A DNA stretch of 64,000 nt from the human T2T-CHM13v2.0 reference genome, Homo sapiens: NCBI RefSeq assembly GCF_009914755.1, contig NC_060927.1. One strand, 5' to 3'. The first letter of the stretch is position 1. Each line of letters begins with the position of its first letter. The notes beneath the pieces are model-generated. The model worked only from the letters and a program-made list of their open reading frames with translations, did not search any database and had not been told where the DNA came from. A program made the position numbers and the translations under genes. Positions 14,751-26,527 of this stretch are shown one piece after another.

Positions 14751-15477
14751 GAGCACATGGTATTTCTAAGCCAACACCACCACCTCGTGGAATAGAAATC
14801 CTCTCCATGAGGCAGGATTTCGGTCTGCGCTTTGCCCTGACACTCTAGCTTCCCAATTCTCCTCCCTTTTTGTGATCCTATACTAGAGACCAGGCTGTAT
14901 GCCTCTTCTGTGAACAGGAAAACTCTGCTTTCAACAATTAGGAGTAAAATTCTTCCAAAGCCAAATTTAAGTTCTGATACTGTCCCATCATCAGGAAAAC
15001 TGCCATTAGGTCCCTACGTTCTTTTAAGGCACCCATTTTGCCCCAGTTAAAACAGTACTTAATAGTAAGAGGATTTAAAGTCCAGAAGTTAACCAGAACA
15101 ATTCTCTAAGGGTAAATGCTTAAGCATGGGCTATAATAGTGGGAAACAGAGTTCAATCTAGCACACTCCTGATCCATCTTTTGGGGATGCACACAGATCA
15201 CACGAATCTAGGAATTCAAAGGGGAATCACAAGAGGAGAACTAGGGCTGCATGGGTACACATGACTAATCCCATCACCTGGTTTCTCTAGTTCCGTTGCT
15301 TGGAGGGTCATGCCTACAACCATAGACGGCACATCTAACAAGGGGCTAGGGTCCCTTGTTAGGACCCAGGAGGGAAAACAGTATGGGGGATACTCCTACT
15401 GTCTTCCCTTTCACCCTAGGTCACACTGAAAGGAGGGAGACTAAAGGAAAGCCCTTTCTTCTCACTTATCTTTCTAG

Positions 15478-16676
15478 ATTGGTAACAGACCAACTTCAGC
15501 TTGCACCCCTCTGGAGTGCATTCTGAAACACTGGAACTTCTTCAACCCGAGGACTTTGAAGAGAAAAGTGACTCATTTTCTTTTGCACGATGTTGTGACC
15601 TTTGCAAGCATTGTAAAACCAACCCAGCTCTTTTAGTAGTCATATCAGGCAGGCCTATAAAGAATTAGAAAAGCAATTTCTGGGATGAACCATCTGAGAA
15701 TCCCCCATATTTAGGGCTCCCTCAAGTTCTTTTCTCATTACAGGACCTTAGGCAAATAAAGGAAGACTTAGGTCGATTTTCTGACAATCCCTACAGGTAT
15801 ATAGAAGCTTTCCAAAATTTAATTCAGGTGTTTAACTTCACATGGAGGGATGTTATGCTGCTCCTAAGCCAAACCCTAACTGCAATTGAAAAGCAGGCAG
15901 CTCTACAGGCAGCAGAGAATTTTGGAGATGAGAAATGTGTTTCCTATAATAAACTAAAAAAGAAGAAAGGATATAGGGAAGACAAAGAAATAATAGAAAA
16001 ACCATTTCAGATAGGAAGGGAAGTAGTTCCTCTTGACAACCCTGATTGGAACCCCAATAGCTGTGCAGATGAATAGAAAAGGAAACACTTTTTAATATGC
16101 ATATTAGAGGGCCTACGAAGAAAGAGGGCCAAACATCTTAATTACTCTAAACTGTCCATGAAAGAAAAAAAAAGTCAGATGAGAATCCCACAGCCTTAAT
16201 GAAAAGGCTGAGAGGCACTAATAAAATACACTTCCTCATCCCCTGATTCAGTCGAGGGACAGCTCATTCTAAAGGACAATTTATTACACAGACAGCTCCC
16301 AGTATTAGAAAAAAATTACAGAAGCAGGCTGTAGTAACAGATAGCACCTTGGAGAACCTTCTGAAGGTGGCCACTTTGGTAGTTTATAATAGGGGCGAGG
16401 AGGATGCCCAAGAGAAAGAGAGGAAACTCAGGAGAAGGACAGAGGCTCTAGTAGCTACTTTGCAGGCTTGCAAAGTCCAGGATCCCTGAGGTGCATCTCC
16501 TAATTGCTATCAGTGTGGCAAGTCAGGGCACTTTAAAAAAAAGTATCCAGGCAGCAAAAAGAAGCCACTTCAACCCTGTCCAGCCTGTGGCAGAGACCAC
16601 TGGGGATCAAACTGCCCCCTGGAGATGGAGGTCACTGAGTTCAGAACCAGTCTCACAGATGGTCCAGTAGGACTGA
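15478..16676 (+). pseudogene. gag: Decayed gag, HERV-W/ERV9-like
   Basis: ATG decayed to ATT, then GNRPTSACTPLECILKHW; capsid peptide FNFTWRDVMLLLSQTLTAIEKQAALQAAENFGDE (ORF 15828-16076); zinc-knuckle remnants CYQCGKSGHF and CPACGRDHWGSNC; terminal TGA at 16674-16676; many stops and frameshifts. Confidence 0.85.
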
Positions 16677-18695
16677 GGGGTCCCAGTGCTCAAACCCCTG
16701 GCTCCAATAGCTCAAACGGTCATTACAGCACAGGAGCCTAGGGTAACTCTGAAAATTAAAGGAAGGAACGCTAGAGCCAATCTCTCTCTCTTCTCCTCTC
16801 TAATCCAGACCTCCCCACTTTCCATAGCCTGACCATAAGGGCCATCTCAGGAAAAACTCCACTCTAATCCAATATTTGTCTCAACTCCTTAGTTGGAGTT
16901 GGGGGGACCTATTATTTACAGATGCCTCCAAGCTGTTGCCACAGTGGCTATACTAGTCAGATAAGCCTCCAAATTGACCCTAAGGAATAACTGTTTACAC
17001 TCCACATAATGTGCAGGATTACTGTCCTCTAAGGGGAACCTTTGGCTAACAAACAGCCAGTAAAGCAAGAAATTCATAAGGCAGGATATGTAATAGTCAC
17101 TGTAACTGATGTCATTGAAAGTGCGTCTCCTTCTCCAGGCACAAGCACTCAATTAGCTGAACTGATAACTCCTGGAACAACACTTAAATTAAGCAAGTGA
17201 AAGGTAGCTAACATTTACACTGACTCCAAGTATGCTCTCTTAGTTCTCCACACTCATGCTGCCATTTGAACGGAAAGACATTTTCTTATCATTAATGGAT
17301 CTCCTATAAAATATCACCAGGAAATTAACAGGTTATTATCCTCAGTTTTCCTTCCACAAGAAATAGCAGTAATGCATTGTAGGGGACATCAAAATGGAAC
17401 AGATGAAGCAGCAGAAGGAAATAGGTTAGCTGATCAGTCAGCTAAGGAAGGAAGCTAAGCAAGGAAGCTAAGCAAGGAAGTCTCAAGGCATCAACACACT
17501 TCAATCCCCTTTAATCCGGGAAGGCTCTGTCAAAGAAATTAACCCTCAGCACTCCCCTGTAAAAACAAAATGGACCACTTCTTGAGGGTGTGCTTCCAGC
17601 CTTCAGGATGGCTACAGTCAGCGACTGGCAAACACCATTTGTCAGTCTCCGGCCAATGGAAAATCCTTAAAATCCTTCACCAGGCTTTTCACTTGGGAAA
17701 GCATAAAACTTACCAATGTGCCCAGAGATTGTTTACAGAAGAAAACTTACTAAAAACAGCCAAACAGGTTGTAAATGTCTGTGAGGTCTGTCTTAAAAAA
17801 TAATCCTCTAAACAGATGGCTCTTTTCTCCTCAAACACAAAGGATAGAAAACTATCCAGTGGAGGAATGGCAGGTAGACTTCACCCACATGCCACATGCA
17901 AAGGGCATGCAATACCTCCTGGTATGGGTAGATACTTTCACCAACTGGGTAGAAAGATGTCCATGCTGTAGAGAAAAGGCCTCTGATATAATAAAAGTAT
18001 TAGTTAATTAAATAACTTCCCACTTTGGCCTACCTAAGTACCTTCAAAGTGACAGTGGCCCCTCATTTAAGGCAGATGTCACACAGCGGGTCTCAAAAAG
18101 CACTAGGCATACAGTGCTTAGGCATACAGTCATCTCCATTGCCCTTGGAGTCCTCAGGAAAGGTAAAGAAAACAAATGATATTATCAAAAGACTCCTCAG
18201 AAAACTATCCCAGGAAACTCACCTTCCTTGGGTCACTCTTGTTTCCATGGCCTTACTATGGGTAAGAAATACACCTTTCAAAATGCTGTATAGATGGCCT
18301 TCCTTACCGATGGTTTCTTATTAGATCAGGAAGCCCCTAAGTTGGTTAAGCATATTACCTCTCTGGTTCACTTGCAACAGGAATTAACACAACAATTAGC
18401 AAAAGCCCAAACCCAAGAAATAGAACCACCGTTATTTAACCCAGGGTACTTGGTAATAGTATAAACACTCCTCTTTCTCTCTTCTTCCCTAAGCCTAAGC
18501 TGGGGAGTGCCCTACACCGTTCTTCTTTCAACCCCCTTGGCAATAAAAGTGTACAGGAATCAACTCTTGGATACATTGCACTCAAGTCAAAGCCTGGAGA
18601 GCTAAGGGAGCACCTCTGACAGCCCAGAGGAATGTCCTAAATATCAATGTGAAGAAATAGAAGATCTTAAGCTGAAAATCATAAAAGATAAGTAA
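16677..18695 (+). pseudogene. pol: Decayed pro-pol with RT deleted; tether, RNase H and integrase remnants
   Basis: Protease remnant TAQEPRVTLKIKGR; tether CLQAVATVAILV; RNase H GTSTQLAELI and IYTDSKYA; integrase HQAFHLG, CEVC, WQVDFTHMP, LLVWVDTFTNWVE and LQSDSGP. No LPQG or YxDD region was found. Confidence 0.82.
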
Positions 18696-19659
18696 CTGAG
18701 TGAGGGTTACTCAGCTTACTGAGTCCCACCTTTACCTCACCAAGTACTTTTTGTCATTTAGACTTTTCCAATCAAAACTCATCAGCAAATATTAGAACTT
18801 TGTTTTAACATATATTTGCAAGGAAATTTTTAATCATTCATGGGATTGCATTTGTAACTTCGTAGACCGTCAAAGGAAAATTCCATATCTTAGCAAGTAA
18901 AATTTTAAATAGAAATTATCTATGACACCACCCTTGCAGGAATTGATATACTCACTCTATGATTTGCAGTAGAACTATACACTATGACACCTGCAATGTG
19001 GAATTCTGGTTGTAAAATTCTAATTGCTGTAATAGTCTGCTTAATTATCATCTTTATAACAGGATTGACAATTGCAGGAAAGATTTAGCCAAGGTTGTTT
19101 TGCTTAATTACTATCCATATAGCAGGGGTAATAGTTACAGAAAAGATGTAAGCATGAAAGATTTATTGTCACTGAGCTTACTAGGACTTTTTATTGAGGT
19201 TGGTAATATGTTGCACTCTAGCTATGAAAAGAAGTTTGTAAAGAAAAGAGATTTTATATAAGGAAGGATCTTGTATGGTAAATTCTTGTTCTAAAAGGAA
19301 ATGACTGAGTGTTTAAAGGAAGAATGTTTAGAAGTCAGAAAGTTTAAGAATGTTGTAAGATGGTCTGTGAAAGTCATGAAAGGATGAATAATTGAAGAAA
19401 AGAAATTGCCAAGATTAACACTGAAGTTACTTTAGCCACCCAATAAAATATTTCTTCCAATCAAATTACAAATTATAAAAAGTGGCCTAGACCAAAAATT
19501 ATCTTCTAATGGTGAATCTGGGAGGGAAACACATGTATTTTCTCAAAGAAAAATATTACTTATATATTAACACTTCTGGTAAAATACAGTAAAATCTGGT
19601 GGAAGCAAGCTAGTGTTAAAATCCACTAAAATAGTTAACCGGTATCAAACTTCACTGTC

Positions 19660-19860
19660 ATAGTTATGGACTGTAGTACCTGCACTAATAATAGTAATCT
19701 TAATACTCATGTTCAAGCCCTATATTCTAAATCTTCTTGTAAAATTTATCTCTTTTTGCCTAGAAGCAATCAAACTCTAAATGATGCTATAAACAGAACC
19801 ACGCATGAACACGCCATTCTTCTGAGGACCCTTAGCTCAACCCCAGGAGGAGCCCTAGCT
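19660..19860 (+). pseudogene. env: env remnant (TM anchor and cytoplasmic tail only)
   Basis: Translates as ...LILMFKPYILNLLVKFISFCLEAIKL*M..., matching the class I Env motif FGPCILNLLVKFVSSRLEAIKLQM. Confidence 0.7.
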
Positions 19861-20743
19861 GCTGTTCCCCCAAACAATGCCCCTTTTTAACAGGAAGTAG
19901 CCTGAAATAGTCGTTGTCCAACATGCCCCAAAACAGAGATGCTTCTCCTGAGGAGGGAAATGATACAGGTTTTAATAAGAAATTATTTAGGCAGTTAGTG
20001 AGGATAAAAGAGTTCTTGGTGGAATTTTCCTTTAATAAAAAGCAGCCCCCAAACCATTTCTTTTCTAACAAAAAGTAGCCTGAAACATCAAGCTGCAAGC
20101 ATAGATAAGCAAGCTAAAACCTTGCATAGGTGAGTTCTGGCAGCTATGCCAGAAGCCAGGTATATCCAACATGGCGATTGCTTCTTCCCTTTTCCTTGTC
20201 ACAATGTGTGCAGGTGTCATGGCAATAGCCAAGTAAAAGCCCTATTTGCATAATAAAAGATTAAGGTGGATGGCCAGCCTCTTAGCAGGCTATGTAAATG
20301 GCACACCTGATCAAACCAATCCTCTACACCCTATGTAAATCAAACACCGCCTCCTCAAGCCCCTCTATAAAATCAACCAAATCTCACCCCAAACTTGAAA
20401 CCCACTTGGGCATCCCCTTCCTCTGCACAAGGAAGGTCTCTCTTCTTTTGCCTATTAAACTTTCTGCTCCTGAACCCACTTCGTGTGTGTGTGTGTGTTT
20501 GCATCTTTGTTCTCCTTAGAGCAAGACAACAAACCCTAGGTATATCCCCAGGCATCGATGCCGCTTTGACAGAACATCAGCATTTTCCATTTGCCCCTAG
20601 CTGCCTCATTCTGAGGCTAACATCTGCACAATTGAGGCCTAGATGTAGGGTCTCCCTTCACCTTCCCAACCTCCAGCTACCTTGAGAACAGCACTGCTGA
20701 GAATAGTGGGACCCTAATTTCTCCTGCCTTGGCTCCTGGGGTG

Positions 20744-21365
20744 TGTGCAGCCTGGATGTCTGAGACACGTCTCAGTTAATTTAGAAAGTTTATTTTGCCA
20801 ACGTTGAGGTTGCAGGCTGATGACACAGCTCAGAAGGTCCTGACAACATGTGCCTGAGGTGGTCAGAATACAGTCTGGTTTTATACTTTCAGGGATACAT
20901 GAGACATCAATCAATATATGTAAGATGAACATTGGTTTGGCCCAAAAAAGGTGGGACAATTCGAAGCAAAGGCAGGACAACTTGAAGAGGGGAACGGGCT
21001 TCCAGGCATAGGTAGATAAGAGACAAATAGTTGCATTCTTTTGAATTTCTGATGAGCCTCTCCAAAGGAGGCAATCAGATTTGCCCTTTATCACAGTGAG
21101 CAGAGGGATGACTGAATAGAATGGGAAGCAGGTTTGCCCTAAGCAGTTCCCAACTTGACTTTCCGCTTTAGCTTAGTGATGTGGGGCCTTCTTGTAAAAT
21201 TTCTCTCTTTTTGCCTAGAAGCAATCAAACTCTGAATGATGCTGCAAACAGAACCACGCATGAACATGCCATTCTTCTGAGGATGCTTAGCTTAACCACA
21301 GGAGGAGTCCTAGCTGCTGTTCCCCCAAACAATGCCCCTTTTTATTTATTTATTTTCCTTTTACA
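20744..21365 (-). mobile_element. MER4A solo LTR containing a 157-bp foreign insert
   Basis: Antisense MER4A hallmarks AATTTAGAAAGTTTATTTTGCCAA, GCCCTAAGCAGTTCCCA and TTTATTTTCCTTTTACA; TSD GGTG at 20740-20743 and 21366-21369. Confidence 0.88.
21188..21344 (+). repeat. 157-bp direct copy of proviral 19733-19889
   Basis: Ungapped alignment with 10 mismatches by manual count (about 94% identity). Confidence 0.95.
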
Positions 21366-21664
21366 GGTGTAAGTGACACATCGAGAGAATCAAGCTGAAA
21401 ACACTTGGGCCGGCTGCCCTGCCCATCTGCTAAACACTCAGCTCCTAAAGTGGGAATGTCTGTCCAGAAAAAGTGAATAATTATCCCTGCCCCAGCACCA
21501 GGGCAGTAGCTCAGAGATTTGGGGGGAAAGCAAACTGTAGAAGAGAGCCCTAATCCTGCCTCCAGAGGAAATGACATAATTTAGCACAGTTCATGGAGAA
21601 AATCAAGCCTAGGGGTACTCTCAAAAATAGTGAAAGTTGTGCTGAAAGGGAATTGGGAGATTAA

Positions 21665-22063
<399 letters not shown>

Positions 22064-22465
22064 TAAACACTGTACTCAGGAACTATCTCCTCAAAGAAGC
22101 TGGATGAGTCACTAAATTATTTTATGTCTAAAGGCATTGTTAAAAACAATTGATTAATCAGCCAGCAATCAATGGAGTTTACACTTGAGTGTGGTTAAGA
22201 AAGAGACAGCCAGAGAAAGAGAATCCCACCATACCACCATCATCCCAGGTGACTGTGCGCAAACCCAAGACTGTGGCCCCTGGTGAGCAGCATCAGAGGC
22301 TTCACACTGCAGAGTAACGTTGGGGTTGGGGTGAGTGTGTATGGCAGTAGGAGGAGTCGTTAGCAAAATAATCCAGGCAGTCACTAAAGTAGACAAATAA
22401 ACAACAATAACAAACTCTGGATGTGGGGGAAGGTGGAAACCAATACACAGGCTTGCTGCAATATA

Positions 22466-23057
22466 CAGTTAATTCTTATTACTAAAGGCACTTATGTTCT
22501 ATAAATTACCACAAACACTGAATTAATAAATCCTAAACTATTTGCTCTTGGGGAAAACATAGACATAGGTTCCAGCAAGCCAAATTTTTGTCAACGGATC
22601 AATGCAACCTTGTTATTTGTATGTTTCTGTTTGAAGAAACTTTATGTAGTATATATTCCTGATTCATTAACATTAAACTCAAAGCCAACAGCACTATTAC
22701 TCACATCTGAACAAAGCTTATCTAACACACGTCTTTTCTCCATAGAGCCCACTTGGGACAAAAGACAGCACTTTAGCACTATGCTTGGGGATCATTTTAA
22801 ACAGTGAAATAGCACAAAAAAAGTGGCTCTGACGGACTGTGAAAAGACACTTGTTTGTAATATGAGATTGCCATGTTTGACCTCAATTGAGATCATGTGC
22901 ATTGGGTGACTAAAATATGTCACTTGCCTTCTCCTATCCATGAAAGACCACAAAAGCACAGTGAATATTGATTTGGTCGGGGAGAGCAGGGGGTGTCAAA
23001 TTTTAGCAAGTAGGTAAATTCACAAATAAGGAATTTGTGAATAATGAAAACCAGCTA
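22466..23057. mobile_element. MER82-like TcMar-Tigger MITE
   Basis: TA-flanked CAGTTAATTCTTATTA...GAATAATGAAAACCAGCTA degenerate TIRs; internal TTATGTTCTATAAA and AACACTGAATTA. Confidence 0.7.
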
Positions 23058-23559
23058 TATGATCTAAATGGCCCAATTTCCAACAAAAAATTACTAGACA
23101 TGCAAAGAAACAGGAAAATATGACCCATATAGATTTTAAAAAGCAGGCAACAAAAATGATGAAAGCAAACAGAATTCACATTTGAAAGACAAAGCCTTTA
23201 AAGTAGCCACTGTAAATAAGCTTAAAAAATTAAATGAAACCATGATTAAACAAGTAAAGGAAGATATGATGACAGTGTTCAATGTTGACTGTGATTGGGC
23301 TGATAATGCATACATGCCCAGACATATTTTCATTTTGTTCAGTAAGAATAAAATGTGGTTAATTGTTGGAACAGGTCACTGAAAAACTGTTGATTGACAT
23401 AAATTCATTTCATAAAATATTTATATAACATATATAACATATGTAATATTTATATAACATATGTAAATGATGCTTTTATGTTAAGCCCAATGAAATAAAG
23501 TTTAAAAATTCAGAATGTTATAAGAAAGCATGATGAAACTATTTTTCATCTTTACATTT

Positions 23560-25000
23560 TTATACTTCCCGTGTCCTTTTGTTGCTTATTTGTTTAAGGT
23601 ATATCTTTTGCAAGCAACATATACCTGAGGTTTTTTAAAGATAATATTTAATTTGTGCATTTTAACAAGGGACTTAAAATCTGTATATAATTTTGGTTAT
23701 TACTGATATATTTGAACTCATGTCAACTATTGCCTAATATGTTTAGTCTTTATTATGATTTTATCTTTTTCTTCAAATTCTTTCTGAACTTCTCTTAGAT
23801 TATTTTTTGTGCTAATTTGGAAATTATAAATTTTATTCATATTATGTTATTACTTCAATATTTTATCAACCATACTTATCTTCATAATTTCCTGAGTCTA
23901 ATGTAAATTAGTGTTTTAATATTACCCTTCCTCAAAAGAGGTGAATCTCAATGCTAAGTCTTCTATGAATTATTTTATTATCTAGCTTTACTGTTGAGTC
24001 CATTATGTCTTGTTTAAAATGTTTTCTATTTTATTCCCATTTTCCAGCATGTTTTCAGAAACTTAGATTGTATTTTCTGTGACTTATCTTTTTAGCTTCA
24101 GGCTATTTTGTTTTCATGCTGATAGGTCTATATCTTAATTTTTTTTTACAAAATCTATACAATATAAATTATTGTCTCTCTACCCCAAAATATCTCTACT
24201 GTGTTCTTATTTTAAGTGACAGTTTACCTAGGTTTAGAATTCAGCATTGATGGTTATTTTCCTTCATTTTTTTGAAAATATTAATCCGATTTATGTCCGA
24301 AATAAATTTTTACAGATAAAAGTTCCATTGTGCAATGCCATTTATCTGTTGATCATCTGTTTTATCTCCTGAGTAATTTTTATTTTTGCTTTATCACCGT
24401 AATTCTTTATTTTAAATATAAAATTTCTTGTTTTGGATGTGTTTTACTTTCCTCTTCAACACTAGATATTTATTTTATTTTTAAGGATTTATATATTCCT
24501 TCAATTCTTAAAAATCGTCAGACATATCTTCTTTTTTTTGAACAATGTCTCTGTACTCTGTGTTCTCTCATTGTCTGAAACTTTTGCTAGACATCTGTTG
24601 GAACATCTCAATAGGTTCCTTATTTCTCAAATTCATTTTTATGTTCTAATTTTCATATATCTTTTTGTCGTTAATTCTACGTTCTGTTTGTCCATACTAC
24701 CTGTTTTTTCCATCGTATTAGCAATATATATATATATTATGTGTGTATATTTATATCTATATCTATATAATGTGTGTATATTTATATCTATATGCCTCTA
24801 TTTGGTCTTTTCAGTTCTCTTAGATCTTGAATGTGTCTGTTTCTCACTGCTTCATAAATTGTTATTCTTTTTGTCTATTTCTACTTTTATTCCTTTGAGT
24901 TCTTCATCATATTTATTTTATGTCTTTGTCAAATTGCTCATTGGACTTAATTAATTGGGATGGATTCACCCATTTATTGAAATTATGGGCTATTGTTTAT
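23560..25000 (-). mobile_element. Highly diverged old L1 (L1M/L1ME-like) antisense fragments
   Basis: Long T-rich tract with antisense-L1-like phrases (GACAGTTTACCTAGGTTTAGAATTC, GATGGTTATTTTCCTTCA). Boundaries are approximate. Confidence 0.45.
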
Positions 25001-26051
25001 TACTGTAGTTTTTCTGTTACGTTGTGAAATTTAGGCTGCAGGCTCATCTTAAGAGCTGCTTCTCTTCGTTTTTCTCCTTCCTTCTTTTTCTTCTTAAATC
25101 TACTTCCCTCTAAACCCATAATATCATGACCTTTCATGTCTGAAATTATGTTTTACTCTACCTGATAAAACAAGTTTTTCATTTCAAAATCTGCAATTAT
25201 ATTGATAATCCAGGGCTGTCATTCTGTGGAGGCAGTATTGATCCATTTTGATGGTCAGTGCTTGTCTTGCTCACGGTCCTGGTCATGTGGCTCCCCCCAC
25301 TGCAACAACAGCTCAAGCCAAATGTAGACCTATGCAATCATTGTGGGTATTTAACCTCCTTTCCCAGAAATAGAGAATATGCCATTTTTTTAGCCTTATA
25401 CAGTGAGCCTGGTTCTCCATCTTGCCATTTCTGAAACACATTTGCCTCCTTTTTTTTCCCCCAGCCTGGAATTCAGGTCTGTGCCTTCTACTTCCGTCTA
25501 TTTCTCTGTGTTTTGGGTGAACGGACATTTTATATTGTCTCTGACCATGGTTATGTCATTTTAATTTGTTTTGACATATATTGAGCCCATAATTTTTCTA
25601 AATTTAATTAGGGGTGTTGGCTGTTTCTCTGTGAATTCACGGTACAACCTTGACAGGAAGAGAATATACTTTGATAATCAAAGTCGGGTAGAGATAACTA
25701 AAAAATGCATGCTCTATCATCAGAAGGTGCAAATGGTCATAAAGTTTACTTTTCTACATGTTTCCTCTTTTAAAGTGAAGATAATCTACCAGGGTAATTA
25801 CATGTTATTGTTTTGATTTTAAATTTTATTATTAAATTATCATTATTTCCTTTTACAATATGCAATCTTTTAAATTTTAATGACATGCAGATATTTTAAA
25901 GTTCCAGAATATGTCATTGCATTGTCTTCTGTATTTGAGTCTTTCTGCTTTTATTACTTATCTGCCTATGCTATTTAATGACATAGAAATATAGAAATCT
26001 GCTTTAGAAATTCAAAACACATTTTCTTAGCTTATCGTGTGAAGTAATAAC

Positions 26052-26160
<109 letters not shown>

Positions 26161-26389
26161 TTGGTCTTTGCCCCAAGTTCCTGACACAGAGCACCTAAAA
26201 CCCTGCTTGACAGGGATGATTGGAGAGTAACTGTTCTAATATTTGAACTTTGACTGCAGTTCCTGACACAGGGCTCCTAAATAACCTTGGAATTTTCTGG
26301 GTGATAGGAATGTCTGTTGTTCTAATGAGGCAACTCTTAATGGGCTGGTCGTAAGAAAGATCAAGCCATGATTAGAAGTTTAGAACACT

Positions 26390-26527
26390 GGCTGGGCAAA
26401 GTGCTGTGTAATGCCAGCACTTTGGGAAGGCGAGAGAATCACTTGAAGCCAGGAGTTCAAGACCATCCTGAGCAACATGGTGAAACCCCCATCTCAAAAA
26501 AAAAAAAAAAAAAAAAAAAATTAAAAA
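26390..26527 (+). mobile_element. FLAM_C / Alu left monomer inserted in the MER21-like LTR
   Basis: Single Alu arm plus long poly-A; TSD AGAAGTTTAGAAC (26374-26386) / AGAAGCTTAGAAC (26528-26540). Confidence 0.88.

Noticed and set aside
17441-17480. GCTAAGCAAGGAA tandem repeat in pol
   Set aside because: Simple slippage duplication in a dead reading frame.
24330-24954. 82-aa and 138-aa hydrophobic, membrane-like ORFs
   Set aside because: They arise from T-rich antisense L1 and TA repeats, which give F/L/I/Y-rich chance ORFs.
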